39,815 nt of DNA from an uncultured Dehalococcoidales bacterium (GTDB taxonomy: Bacteria; Chloroflexota; Dehalococcoidia; GIF9; AB-539-J10): contig CAZLCQ010000001.1 of NCBI GenBank assembly GCA_964557995.1, forward strand, positions 1 to 39,815, written 5' to 3'. Positions 18,909-29,010 of this stretch are shown piece by piece (position 1 is the first letter of the stretch; each line of letters begins with the position of its first letter). Made by a program: the position numbers and the translations under genes. The notes under the pieces were generated by a model. It made no database searches. It was not told the DNA's origin and was given only the letters and a program-made list of their open reading frames with translations.

Positions 18909-20288
18909 CTACAGAGTTTGGCATGCCTTATTATGATTTTGCTGAGAACTAAGGCTCTCCCTAATACCCGCGATCTGGTCACAAAGATGTGGATTAGTGC
19001 TCAATGCGCTAGCTATTTTCTCGTACCCGTGAAGGATTGTGGCATGGTTTCTACCGCCCAGTTCTTTACCGATTTCGGACAGAGAGCAACTATAGCCTTC
19101 GCGTAAGAGATAGATGGCTACGTGTCGTGCCAGTGTAGTTTTCTTGTCTCTCTTCTTGTTAGTCAGCTCTTCTGCTGGAATGCTGAAATAGTCAGCTACC
19201 GTCCTTAATAGCTGCTTTATGTCTTGTTTTGACGTCATGCTTGTTAACAAATTGTTGACTGTTTGAGGAGTGATCTCGGCTCCACTTAGCTTAGCCTGGG
19301 CAGTTAAATATACCAGAGCACCTTCAAGCTGGCGGACATTCTCGCATACTCTCTCTGCGACAATAGACAGCACCCCTTCGAGTTCTGAAGTCATTGGTCT
19401 CTCAGCTTTAGCCCGTAGGATGTTCAGGCGTGTTTCAAAGTCAGGGGGGCGTAGGTCCACGACAAGTCCGCCCTCAAGGCGTGACTTCAGCTTGTTGCTA
19501 AGCGGACGCATATTTTGGGGACCACAGTCGCAGGTGATGACGATTTGTCGGCAATCGCTGTACAGCTCGTTGAAGGTGTGGAAGAAACACTGTAATGTCT
19601 GTTTCTTGTCGAGCAGAAAATGAACATCGTCGAACAGAAAGACATGGATGTTTCTGAATTTGCTGCGGAACTTGTCCACCTGTTTCTCTCTCACCGCTAG
19701 TATGAAGTCGTTGGCGAATTGCTCTGCGGTAACATAGGCTGCTTGCAGCCCATTGTTTGTTGTTAAGTGGCCGATCGCATGTAGTAAGTGAGTCTTACCT
19801 TGCCCTGTGGCGCTATGAATTAAGAGAGGGTTGTAACTAGTTCCGGGATTTTCGGCCACCTCCACAGCGGCGGCATAAGCTAGACGATTAGAGTCGCTGA
19901 CAACAAAGTTGTCGAAGGTATACTTTGGATTAAACCTGTAGTGCGTGGCTTTGCTGCTTGTTCCACCATCGGTTTGAGCGAACAAAGGGCTGGTCGGCGG
20001 CTGTTCGCGATTGCAGACCTCGAAACGGACGTCCATATCCTTACCGGTAATATCAACCAAGGTCTTCCTTACCAGCGGATAAAGGCGCTTGGATAGCCAT
20101 TCGGCGACAAAGACGTTAGGCACACCGACCACAAATACATTGTCACGGCAATTCAAACCGTGGCTATCACCGAGCCAGGTTGTGTAATTTGCCTTACTGA
20201 TCTGAATTTGCAGCTTGCCGAGGGCACTCTGCCAAATATCTCTTGCTGATTCCAACGTATCCCTATTCCCAACAACGCTCAACCACAA
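18909..20288 (-). CDS. dnaA: chromosomal replication initiator protein DnaA
   Basis: 459 aa. AAA+ Walker A (GQGKTHLLHAIG), Walker B (FLFDDVHF), and a C-terminal domain IV HTH (LARHVAIYLLRE...GGRNHATILHGYEKI). TTG start. Confidence 0.95.
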   Translation of the reverse strand: MWLSVVGNRDTLESARDIWQSALGKLQIQISKANYTTWLGDSHGLNCRDNVFVVGVPNVFVAEWLSKRLYPLVRKTLVDITGKDMDVRFEVCNREQPPTSPLFAQTDGGTSSKATHYRFNPKYTFDNFVVSDSNRLAYAAAVEVAENPGTSYNPLLIHSATGQGKTHLLHAIGHLTTNNGLQAAYVTAEQFANDFILAVREKQVDKFRSKFRNIHVFLFDDVHFLLDKKQTLQCFFHTFNELYSDCRQIVITCDCGPQNMRPLSNKLKSRLEGGLVVDLRPPDFETRLNILRAKAERPMTSELEGVLSIVAERVCENVRQLEGALVYLTAQAKLSGAEITPQTVNNLLTSMTSKQDIKQLLRTVADYFSIPAEELTNKKRDKKTTLARHVAIYLLREGYSCSLSEIGKELGGRNHATILHGYEKIASALSTNPHLCDQIAGIRESLSSQQNHNKACQTL

Positions 20289-20436
20289 AGATGGCCGAAA
20301 AAAGTATCGAGGAGCGATTAAGATCTAAGAACTTGCCAGTTGCAAATAGTAACCAGTTACAGAATATCAGGTCTGATAAGACCTTCGCTAGGCAATGTTT
20401 GACATAATTAGGAAATTAATAAAAAATGGTTCGACT

Positions 20437-21381
20437 ATGACAATCCGTACCGTTTTTATGGGCACGCCGCAGTTTGCTGTGACCGTACTGGAATCTTTGC
20501 TCCGCAGTTCCTACCGGGTCGTTGCTGTGTATACTCAGCCCGACAAAGCCGCTGGCAGGGGGCGCCCAGTCGTTTTTTCTCCGGTGAAGAAACTGGCGCT
20601 GGAGCGACAAATACCGGTCATTCAACCCGAGACTTTCAGGTCAAGCGAGGTGGCGAAGGGGCTGGCCAGCTTGCAGCCCGAACTCATAGTTGTGGCTGCC
20701 TTCGGTTCTGTTCTTCCCCAGGGAGTGCTGTCCTTGCCCAGATTTGGCTGTCTTAACGTCCATGCTTCATTATTGCCACGGCATCGAGGTCCGTCTCCAG
20801 TTGCCAATACCATTCTGTGTGGAGATGAACTTACTGGTGTTACCATAATGTTGATGGACGCTGGGCTTGATACCGGACCGATTCTAGCCCAGGAAAAGGT
20901 GGGGACCTCCTGTACGGATACCACGGGCTCGCTCGGCGCTAAGCTGGCTGATGTAGGAGCCAGGCTTCTACTGCAGACCCTGCCCAGATGGCTCGGGGGC
21001 GACCTTAAACCACAAGCTCAGCATGAGTCTGAGGCTACCTACAGCAAGTTGATAACCAGTAAAGATGCCGAGATTGATTGGGGCCTTTCCGCGCTGGAGC
21101 TCTGGCGGAGGATAAGAGCATACAATCCCTGGCCAAGCTGCTATACATGGTTTAGGGGAAAACGGCTAAAAATCCATAGCGCTGTTCCTCTTCCGCATGG
21201 AAACAACGGAGAGATAGGGGAAGTAATTGCCTTGGCACAACAGCCTGAGATTGGCGTGGTCACTAAGAAAGGTATTTTAGGACTCTGCCAGGTTCAGCTG
21301 GAAGGGAAACGCGAAATGCCGGCAACCCACTTTGTCCGCGGAAAAAGAGATTTCATTGGTTGCATTCTGGGGCGGAGGTAA
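20437..21381 (+). CDS. fmt: methionyl-tRNA formyltransferase
   Basis: VFMGTPQFAV N-terminus and HASLLPRHRGPSP catalytic block. I prefer the inner ATG (MTIRTVFMG) over track start 20395. Confidence 0.9.
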   Translation: MTIRTVFMGTPQFAVTVLESLLRSSYRVVAVYTQPDKAAGRGRPVVFSPVKKLALERQIPVIQPETFRSSEVAKGLASLQPELIVVAAFGSVLPQGVLSLPRFGCLNVHASLLPRHRGPSPVANTILCGDELTGVTIMLMDAGLDTGPILAQEKVGTSCTDTTGSLGAKLADVGARLLLQTLPRWLGGDLKPQAQHESEATYSKLITSKDAEIDWGLSALELWRRIRAYNPWPSCYTWFRGKRLKIHSAVPLPHGNNGEIGEVIALAQQPEIGVVTKKGILGLCQVQLEGKREMPATHFVRGKRDFIGCILGRR

Positions 21382-21799
21382 CTTCTCTGGCCAGCATCAT
21401 TCTGCAGATACTTCGACACAATCGGGGATAGTACCCAAGACAGCACCCAATGCACCAATTATGTCGTTCCTGTCATAAGTATCGACATGCAGTTGGCCTC
21501 TGCCACCACTTACGGCAGCAGGCTGAGGAATGCCCTGCAGGACCCAAAGGACAAAGCTCAGGAAGTGTAGGACTGGTTTGTGTAGATCTACGGGGAAGAA
21601 ACTGAGTATCTACTCGTTGCAAGCTGGAGCCCTTCTCCCATCAATGGAGGGAATTAATGCGATGCGTTTACACCAGGGTCTGTGACTCCTTGTCTGGGTC
21701 TCGGAGATCTACCTGTGGCGAGCAGTTGGTACTTTGGCATGTTGCTCGTGTAAGATTATCACCTGCCAGCCGTAGAGTATAGCAACGGGCTGGAGAATC

Positions 21800-23026
21800 C
21801 TAGGCTGCTATGTAGTAGATGAACACGACGACCGCCTCTATCGCCAACAGCGGAGGCAGTAGAAGCTTATATACTTTGGCGAAGCTAGCCTTGAAGTACT
21901 CGGTCGATAGTATAAGGCAAAGATGGAGAGGGGAGAGCAGAACCCCCACATATCCACTCATGTAGGCCAGCATAAGAGCATAGCCATTGACCTGTGAGCC
22001 GAGCGCTATGAAGGGGACCAACAACGGAAGGCTAATGCCGACAAACCCCATGCTAATGCCCGTGGCAAAGCCCATCAGGAAAGGCAGGAACGCTAGGAGG
22101 ACTGGGGTAGGCATTCCTATGTACTGCATGTCTGAAAACAGGCTGTAGGCAGCGCCCGCACCTTCTATCGTCGCCTTGAATAGCATCACGGCATATAACA
22201 GAAACAGGATTTGGAGATTGGCCCCATATTTCAGTGCAATTTTCAATTCCGGCCATTTAGCTCTCTGTTGACAAGCCAGTAGGGCTAGTGCGAGAGGAAA
22301 CGCTATCACCGCATCCAGCCCCGCCAGGACTAGTCCTACTATTAAGAGGATCGGCCAGGAAGTCCTCAAAAGGTTATGGACTATACTTCTCTTTGACGTT
22401 TTCCCTTTTGGTTCGTATCTCTTATTCGGCTTAAGCATCCGGTAACTAGAGACGGTTCCGAGTGCGATGACTAAAGCCGTCATAGGTAAAAGTGTCAGTG
22501 TTACGGAAGAAAGCTGGACAGATAGTATTACACTGGTCGCTATGATCGCTGGATATACTGGCAGGGAAGTCTCCCATATGTGTCTGAACCAGTAATTTAT
22601 GAATGTTACCCGTTCAGGTGCCAGGCCCATTCTGTCCGCTAGATCCCTTAGGGCGGTAGCCGAAACTAGGGCTCCAGCCGGCATGGGAACCAGTCCTATC
22701 GTAGCAGGAACAAGGTGCATAGCGAGTCTGGGGCCAAGTCTCTCCATGGTGGCCGCGAGGCTCGTGAGCAAGCCCTTCACCTCCATGAGACGACTCAAAG
22801 CCAGCGCACTGGCAACGACTACCAGCAGTGTCAGGGTCTGGCGATCTATTAGGGTGTCAAACATGTGCTCGGGCAGGGAGCGTGGAGGCAGGAGCAGCAA
22901 CGCAACGGCAAGACTTCCTGCGAAGATGGCCAGACCTGGACGGACCTTGAGCCTGATCAGAATTAGAATACCGGCAATAGAGGCCAGCAAAGCCACAGAC
23001 GGGCTTACCATCTCAGCATGCCTCAC
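21800..23026 (-). CDS. polytopic membrane protein, DUF401/TIGR00529-like putative transporter
   Basis: 408 aa, about 10-12 hydrophobic helices and a central basic loop (KPNKRYEPKGKTSKR). The family assignment is from memory of the general layout only. An alternative ATG start at 23011 has GAGG upstream. Confidence 0.45.
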   Translation of the reverse strand: MRHAEMVSPSVALLASIAGILILIRLKVRPGLAIFAGSLAVALLLLPPRSLPEHMFDTLIDRQTLTLLVVVASALALSRLMEVKGLLTSLAATMERLGPRLAMHLVPATIGLVPMPAGALVSATALRDLADRMGLAPERVTFINYWFRHIWETSLPVYPAIIATSVILSVQLSSVTLTLLPMTALVIALGTVSSYRMLKPNKRYEPKGKTSKRSIVHNLLRTSWPILLIVGLVLAGLDAVIAFPLALALLACQQRAKWPELKIALKYGANLQILFLLYAVMLFKATIEGAGAAYSLFSDMQYIGMPTPVLLAFLPFLMGFATGISMGFVGISLPLLVPFIALGSQVNGYALMLAYMSGYVGVLLSPLHLCLILSTEYFKASFAKVYKLLLPPLLAIEAVVVFIYYIAA

Positions 23027-23292
23027 TTCTCATCAGGCGGAGACTGTTTGTTGACACACGAGTCATACATTGATGTTCAGAGACTCTGTTCCTTGTACAG
23101 CTGTCCGCCGCAGAGGAGTAGCGGGGGCTAAGTATTTCTGGACTGGGTTGCCGCCTCGAAGTACAAGAGTTCATATTCACCTTGTCTGGCGATGAACGTG
23201 TTAACAAAATTCGCCTTGGCTTACAGGCAGCGATGAGCCGCGCACAATCAGCGAAAGCTAATTAGACTGCCAGACACTTGTGAAGTTGCAGT

Positions 23293-23967
23293 TCAGTCGA
23301 AACCGAGCCAGGTAGTCACATTCTTGATGGGCTCGCGTTCACTCTCCAATTCGTTGGCAGGGAAATCCCAGTCAGGATAACCAATGGCTATGGCGGCTAT
23401 TATCCGCTTGGACTCTGGTATGTGGCCGTATTTTCTTAGCACCTCGGGATACATCGTCCCCTGGTCCTCGATGCAGGTCCCCAGACCGAAATGCAGCGCA
23501 GTAAGACAGATCGTCTGTATCACAGCCCCAATGTCGAGCAGTGGGCCACTTTCGCTCAGACAGCGATCGGTGGTTAAGATGATCGCGGCCGGCGCATCGA
23601 AGTAACGAAAGCCGCGCTCCAACCATTTGGCCCTTTTCTCTTTGTCTTCCCTGGGTATGTCCATAAGCTGGAAAAGCTGCTTGGCAAGATCTACCTGGCG
23701 CTGGCGGTAAATGCTCTCTTTCGGCCAGCTGGTAACCACGTGCTCAGGGTTAGGCGGCACTCCAGACCTGAGCAGGTCAAGGTTGCTCCGTCTCACATTC
23801 TCCAGCACCTCCCCGGTGAGCAGAGTAAACTCCCAGGGCTGGGTATTCATAGCAGACGGGGCACGGCTCGCCAATTCCAGTATCTGCTCCAAAACCTGTT
23901 TGGGCACAGGGTCAGGCTTGTAGCCCCTGACACTCTTACGCTTCTTTACAGCTTCGATGACATCCAT
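23293..23967 (-). CDS. nitroreductase family protein
   Basis: 224 aa. The N-terminus KRKSVRGY and SAMNTQPW are classic nitroreductase FMN-binding signatures. AAGGAG lies upstream of the start. Confidence 0.85.
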   Translation of the reverse strand: MDVIEAVKKRKSVRGYKPDPVPKQVLEQILELASRAPSAMNTQPWEFTLLTGEVLENVRRSNLDLLRSGVPPNPEHVVTSWPKESIYRQRQVDLAKQLFQLMDIPREDKEKRAKWLERGFRYFDAPAAIILTTDRCLSESGPLLDIGAVIQTICLTALHFGLGTCIEDQGTMYPEVLRKYGHIPESKRIIAAIAIGYPDWDFPANELESEREPIKNVTTWLGFD

Positions 23968-23996
23968 AAATTCGCTCCTTTTCCGTAGCAGTGATA

Positions 23997-25256
23997 TTAC
24001 GGGGTAGTGGTTATGGGCTCGGATTCATAAATCCTTTCCTCTGCCAACTCTTCCTCACTGAGAGGAACGTCGCCTTCAACATCTCTGCCTTCGATTCCTT
24101 TCGCCAGGATTTCTTTATAGTATTCATGCTGGATTATTAAGTTCATGATTTCGCTGCTACCGGTCCAGATCATGGCAAGCCTGGCTTCCCTGAGTGCACG
24201 TTCCACCGGATAGACATTGGTATACCCAATGCCGCCGAGTATCTGCATGGCATCATTCACCACTTCCCAATATGTTTGGGTAGCCAGTTTCTTCGTCTCC
24301 GACACCAGTCTCCTTTGATAAGCGGAAGTACCCACTCCATCATCAATAGTCTTGGCCACGGCGTATGCCAGGGCACTCACAGCGTCGAGCTTGGTGATGC
24401 AGTCGGCTATCCTGAAGCTCACTCCTTCAAAACTCCGTATGGTCTGGCCGAAAGCCTTCCGTTTGTTGGCATACCGGGCGGCCAATTCCAGAATAGCTCT
24501 GGAGCCAGCCACTCCGCCTGAGAGCAGTCTTTCCGGCACCATCAGTTTGTAGAATAGCTTTGCCCCTTCGTTTTCCTTCCCCACCAGATTCTCCTCTGGC
24601 ACCGGTACATCGCGGAAGACCAATCTACCTGTACCAGTCCCCCGGGAGCCCATTAAGCCGTAGACATGCTTTACCTCCACTCCCATATCTCTCTCGACAA
24701 TGAAGGCACTGAGCGAGTCTCGGCCAGCTCCGGGGTTGGTGACAGCAAATACAAGGAAGAAATCGGCACCTTCAGAGCCAACGACAAAGCGCTTCTGTCC
24801 AGTAAGGTAATAATGGTTTCCTTTCTTTCTAGCAACAGTGGTGGCACCAAAAAAATCAGAGCCGCCTCTGGGCTCGGTGAGTGCCTCGCCAGCCCACTGT
24901 CTACCGGCGATCAATGGTTTGAGATACTTCTCTTTCTGAGCCTCGGTCCCAAACACGTTTAAGCCTTCTCCAACGATGGAGGTAACCGAGACGAGACAGG
25001 TGAAAGGTACTCCGAGCTTCATCGTCTCACCTACCTCGATGAGCTCGTCAACCCATTTCAGGTCTCTACCGCCATATTTCTTGGGGAATCTGACGCCTAG
25101 CAGGTTTCTCTTGCCGGCTTCTTTGACGAATTCGTCAGGGAACTTGATCTTGTCCGCATCCATATCCAGCAGAAGCTGCCGTGGTATGCTCTTGACCAGG
25201 TCCTGAACCTCTTGTCTGAATTTTCTGCGCTCTTCCGTTAAGAATACCTCTAACAT
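23997..25256 (-). CDS. acyl-CoA dehydrogenase family protein
   Basis: ACAD middle and C-terminal blocks (ALTEPRGGSDF, QILGGIGYT, EIMNLII). I chose the inner ATG (MLEVFLTEE) because GGAGGAGGGA lies upstream. There is a ~35-aa acidic C-terminal tail. Confidence 0.85.
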   Translation of the reverse strand: MLEVFLTEERRKFRQEVQDLVKSIPRQLLLDMDADKIKFPDEFVKEAGKRNLLGVRFPKKYGGRDLKWVDELIEVGETMKLGVPFTCLVSVTSIVGEGLNVFGTEAQKEKYLKPLIAGRQWAGEALTEPRGGSDFFGATTVARKKGNHYYLTGQKRFVVGSEGADFFLVFAVTNPGAGRDSLSAFIVERDMGVEVKHVYGLMGSRGTGTGRLVFRDVPVPEENLVGKENEGAKLFYKLMVPERLLSGGVAGSRAILELAARYANKRKAFGQTIRSFEGVSFRIADCITKLDAVSALAYAVAKTIDDGVGTSAYQRRLVSETKKLATQTYWEVVNDAMQILGGIGYTNVYPVERALREARLAMIWTGSSEIMNLIIQHEYYKEILAKGIEGRDVEGDVPLSEEELAEERIYESEPITTTP

Positions 25257-25561
25257 TCCCTCCTCCTTTTCGCTGCAATATGCGGGGTTCACCATCCCGG
25301 GCTAGCCTACATAACGACGGTCTAGTTTCCCAGGATTCAGGTGAATAGTATAGCACGTGTCAAACTGTGCCAGAACGGGCTATTCTTTGGCGAAGGAAGT
25401 GAATTCTGCTGCATTCGGTCTGCCCATCGACTGGAAAGTCATGAGTCAGCTTTCGACAACCGTTAGTGAGATTAACTCGTAGAGCTGGTGAAGATTGAGC
25501 TTACTGCGGAACAAGGAAAGAGTGGATTGAACCCTCTAATCTTTGATCGAGTTGACTCTGG

Positions 25562-26215
25562 CTAATGGGCTTTGAGAACTAGAGCACCAACAGGGCAAAC
25601 GGAGACGCACTCACTACAATCCTGGCAACGGGACCTGCCCACAGGTTCATCCCCAAACGTGGTGACCATCCTATGGAACCCACGGTGGGCAAAGCCGATG
25701 ACTCCTTTGCCCGGTTTTTGCTGGCATACCCAGACGCATCTGCCACAGAGCACGCACTTATTGGGGTCATAAATGAATAGCGGGCTGCTGGAGTCTATTG
25801 GTAGTTCGGGCAGGATCTTCCGGAACCTTTTTGTCTTGAGCTTCACCCGGAGATGCTTGGCTATCCTCTGAAGTTCACAAGACCCATTTGCCAGACAATG
25901 GGCACAATCCACAGGGTGACTGGCCAGGAGCAGTTCCAGAGCAGTGCGGGCAAGTCTCATTGCTTTTGGTCCGAGAGTATTGACTACCATCCCCTCTGCC
26001 ACTGGCGTAGTGCAGGCTGCAACCGGATTATCCTTGCCTTCTATCTCAACAAAACAGAGACGACAAGAGGCAAAAGGCTCGCTCCTTTCCCGAATAGCAC
26101 AGAGATTGGGGATATAGATGTCATTGTCCAGAGCTGCCCACAGGAGCTTTTCACCGTGGGCAGCTCTTACTTTCTTGCCATCAATCGTCAGAGAGACTTT
26201 TTTGACTTTGGCCAG
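25562..26215 (-). CDS. stand-alone 2Fe-2S plus 3x[4Fe-4S] protein resembling the N-terminal electron-transfer module of NuoG / formate dehydrogenase alpha / [FeFe]-hydrogenase
   Basis: The track ORF (25562..26002) contains H-x3-C-x2-C-x5-C (HPVDCAHCLANGSC) and two C-x2-C-x2-C-x3-C motifs. The same frame stays open upstream and encodes LAKVKKVSLTIDGKKV...NLCAIRERSEPFASCRLCFVEIEGKDNPVAAC, a plant-type 2Fe-2S domain (C-x11-C-x2-C-x13-C). The only SD-positioned start is CTG 26215..26213, with GGGGGAG upstream. Confidence 0.7.
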   Translation of the reverse strand: MAKVKKVSLTIDGKKVRAAHGEKLLWAALDNDIYIPNLCAIRERSEPFASCRLCFVEIEGKDNPVAACTTPVAEGMVVNTLGPKAMRLARTALELLLASHPVDCAHCLANGSCELQRIAKHLRVKLKTKRFRKILPELPIDSSSPLFIYDPNKCVLCGRCVWVCQQKPGKGVIGFAHRGFHRMVTTFGDEPVGRSRCQDCSECVSVCPVGALVLKAH

Positions 26216-26295
26216 TACTCTCTCCCCCTTGTTCTCTCCTCAAGGGAGAGGACATTTCAGGCTGGGAGTCACCTTGCTGACCCTGTTTAAATCGT

Positions 26296-28059
26296 TTAGA
26301 AAAGCCCTTGTACCTTGCCGGTCTTGGTATCAACATCCACCCTTCTGAAGGCTGGATCGGAGCTGGTGCCTGGCATAAGGCTGATTGTTCCGGCGCAGGG
26401 GCAGAGGAATTTCGCCCCGGAATAAATCAACACATCGCGGATGGGCAGGGTCCATCCCTTGGGGACGCCCTTAAGGGTTGGGTCATGCGTCAGGCTCAGG
26501 TGGGTCTTCACCATCATGGTAGTATATTCATCATATTTAGAATCGGCCTCAAACATCTTGGCCTTGGCCGCGGCATCAGGTGTCCATGACACGCCATCGG
26601 CTCCATATACCACTTTAGCAATCTTGTCCACCCGCTCTCGCAGCTTCATTTCTGAGGGGTAAAGGAATTTGAAATCGTTCTTCTGTTCACAAGCTTCCAT
26701 AACCGCGTCGGCAAGCTCCAGGGCGCCATCACCACCCTTGAGCCAGTGTTCGCTGAGCGCACAGCGTGCCCCGGCAGCCTCGGCAGCCTTGCGCACCATG
26801 GCAATCTCTTCCTTAGTGTCGGTGTAGAAGGAGTTAATGCACACCACGGGATTGATCCCTGATGTCCTGATGGTGTTTATGTGGTGCAGCATATTGGGAA
26901 GGCCTTTCTCCAGAAGTCCCAGGTCTTCCTTAGTGTAGGACTCGGGCAGGGGCAGACCAGCCACTACCTTGGGGCCGCCACCATGCATCTTCAGTGCCCT
27001 GATGGTGGTGGTAAGTACCGACACATGCGGCTTGAGACCGCTATAGCGACACTTGACATTCCAGAACTTCTCGAAACCGATGTCTGCAGCAAAGCCGCTC
27101 TCAGTAACATGGTAATCAAACATCTTCAGCCCGATGCGGTCGCCGATGATGGAGGATTGTCCCACGGCGATGTTGGCAAAGGGGCCGGCATGTACCAGGC
27201 AAGGCTGATATTCCGCGGTGCACATCAGGGTGGGGTTGATTGTATTGCGCATCCAGGCAGTCATAGCGCCTCCCACTTCCAGATCGCCGGTAGTAACAGG
27301 CTTGCCCTCCCTGTCAAAAGCTACGGTAATTTCGTTCATCCTTTTGCGCAAGTCCGTCAGGTCCGTGACAATAGATAACATAGCCATAAGCTCTGAGCTC
27401 ACCGCAATACCGAACTTGGACTGCATGGTATATCCGTCCATGCGACCACCGAGGCCTATTACGATGTTCCGCAGGCTCTGGGCGCAGAAGTCCATGATCC
27501 AACCCATTTCGACTCTGGTAGGATCGATGTTCAGTCGTCGCATACGGGTCCGCTTGGCCAGTTCCTCGTCGCCATAATTGCGTTCGTGCTGCATTCTGGC
27601 GGTAAGCGCCACCATGGCCAGATTGTGGGCATTCATTATATCGTTGATGTCCCCGGTAAGCCCCAAAGAGAATTCGGTCATGGGAATAAGCAGCGCATTG
27701 CCACCACCAGCAGCAGTACCCTTGATATTCATACTCGGACCACCGGAAGGCTGACGTATACAACCGCCGACATTCTTACCCCGTTTGCCCATACCTTCCA
27801 ATATGCCCATGGTAGTGGTCGTCTTCCCCTCGCCCAGAGGGGTAGGGGTTATGGCAGTTACCTCAACATATTTGCCGTCCGGCTTGCCCTTGAGGCGCTC
27901 AATAATCTTCAGGAAATCGAGCCTGCACAGTCTCCCGTAAGGAATAATCTCATCCTTTTGCAGGTTCAATCTGTCCCGCCACTCATCAGTGGTTGGCATG
28001 TTTCCTTCGGCAGCTTCCGCAATCTGCCAATCTTTCAGTTTTGTCGCATCATAAGCCAC
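26296..28059 (-). CDS. fhs: formate--tetrahydrofolate ligase
   Basis: 587 aa. [13 protein letters not shown]-loop and FTHFS blocks throughout. GTG start with AAAGGAGGT upstream. Confidence 0.95.
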   Translation of the reverse strand: MAYDATKLKDWQIAEAAEGNMPTTDEWRDRLNLQKDEIIPYGRLCRLDFLKIIERLKGKPDGKYVEVTAITPTPLGEGKTTTTMGILEGMGKRGKNVGGCIRQPSGGPSMNIKGTAAGGGNALLIPMTEFSLGLTGDINDIMNAHNLAMVALTARMQHERNYGDEELAKRTRMRRLNIDPTRVEMGWIMDFCAQSLRNIVIGLGGRMDGYTMQSKFGIAVSSELMAMLSIVTDLTDLRKRMNEITVAFDREGKPVTTGDLEVGGAMTAWMRNTINPTLMCTAEYQPCLVHAGPFANIAVGQSSIIGDRIGLKMFDYHVTESGFAADIGFEKFWNVKCRYSGLKPHVSVLTTTIRALKMHGGGPKVVAGLPLPESYTKEDLGLLEKGLPNMLHHINTIRTSGINPVVCINSFYTDTKEEIAMVRKAAEAAGARCALSEHWLKGGDGALELADAVMEACEQKNDFKFLYPSEMKLRERVDKIAKVVYGADGVSWTPDAAAKAKMFEADSKYDEYTTMMVKTHLSLTHDPTLKGVPKGWTLPIRDVLIYSGAKFLCPCAGTISLMPGTSSDPAFRRVDVDTKTGKVQGLF

Positions 28060-28088
28060 GGTAACCTCCTTTGTCGTTTATTAATCTA

Positions 28089-28997
28089 TTATTTTCTCAT
28101 ACGCTCAGCCCTGCGCTCGGCTGCTACTACTGTATTGACCATAAGCATGGTGATAGTCATGGGGCCAACCCCTCCGGGCACCGGGGTAATAGCGCTGGCT
28201 TTCTCTTTAACCGTCTCGAACTCTACATCCCCCCTGAGGTCAGCGACCTGCTTACTGGGGTCCTTCTTGCTGGGTTTCCATCCCACTCGGTTCACGCCAA
28301 CATCAATAACCACGGCTCCCTCTTTTACCATATCTGCTTTAATCACTTCAGGAGAGCCCATTGCGGCGACCAGGATATCCGCCTGTCTGGTGATCTCGGC
28401 CATGTTCTTGGTGCCGGTATGTACGACTGTCACGGTGGCATTGCCACGCTTGTTTTTCTGTACCAGCATAGCCATGAGAGGCTTGCCTACTATGTTGCTT
28501 CGACCGCATATGACCACATGCTTGCCTTCAGGAGGATTGCCGCTACGTATCATCAACTCCACTGCGCCATGCGGCGTGCAGGGCATGAAATACGGGTCTC
28601 CGATGAGCATTTTGCCCACGTTGACCGGGTGAAAGCCATCCACGTCTTTAACCGGATCGATAAGGTTCAGCACCTTATCGGCGTTGATGTGCTTTGGCAA
28701 TGGCAGTTGAACAAGTATGCCATCGACATGCTCGGCTTTGTTCATTTCTCCCACCTTGGAGAGGAGCTCCTCTTCTGAGGCACTCTCAGGCAGAACAATA
28801 GTCTGCGACCACACACCTATCTCTTCTGCTGCCTTTTCCTTGCCCGAGACATAGGAAACAGACGCCGGGTCCTCTCCCACGCGAATCATGACCAGGCCCG
28901 GCGTCACGCTTTGTTCTTTGAGTTTGGATACTTGCTCCGTCAGTTCAGCTCTGATCTCCTTTGCCACTTCATTTCCTGAGATTATCTTTGCCGTCAT
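28089..28997 (-). CDS. folD: bifunctional methylene-THF dehydrogenase / methenyl-THF cyclohydrolase
   Basis: 302 aa. The VGEDPASVSYV, LVQLPLP, GRSNIVGKP and PGGVGPMT motifs are typical of FolD. Confidence 0.95.
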   Translation of the reverse strand: MTAKIISGNEVAKEIRAELTEQVSKLKEQSVTPGLVMIRVGEDPASVSYVSGKEKAAEEIGVWSQTIVLPESASEEELLSKVGEMNKAEHVDGILVQLPLPKHINADKVLNLIDPVKDVDGFHPVNVGKMLIGDPYFMPCTPHGAVELMIRSGNPPEGKHVVICGRSNIVGKPLMAMLVQKNKRGNATVTVVHTGTKNMAEITRQADILVAAMGSPEVIKADMVKEGAVVIDVGVNRVGWKPSKKDPSKQVADLRGDVEFETVKEKASAITPVPGGVGPMTITMLMVNTVVAAERRAERMRK

Positions 28998-29010
28998 CTA
29001 GATCTCCCTC

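Noticed and set aside
20289-20436. oriC in the dnaA-fmt intergenic region.
   Set aside because: I found no 9-mer within two mismatches of TTATCCACA on either strand in this 148-nt spacer.
27586-28778. Long plus-strand ORFs (348 aa and 235 aa) opposite fhs and folD. Similar shadow ORFs are 10558..11292(+) opposite relA, 36834..37343(-) opposite panC, 35578..36033(-) opposite panB, 22599..23054(+) opposite the DUF401 gene and 14709..15188(-) opposite gyrB.
   Set aside because: Their translations are low-complexity and rich in Ser, Arg, Leu and Pro, with no recognisable motifs. They lie antisense to genes with unambiguous conserved motifs. These are typical shadow ORFs.
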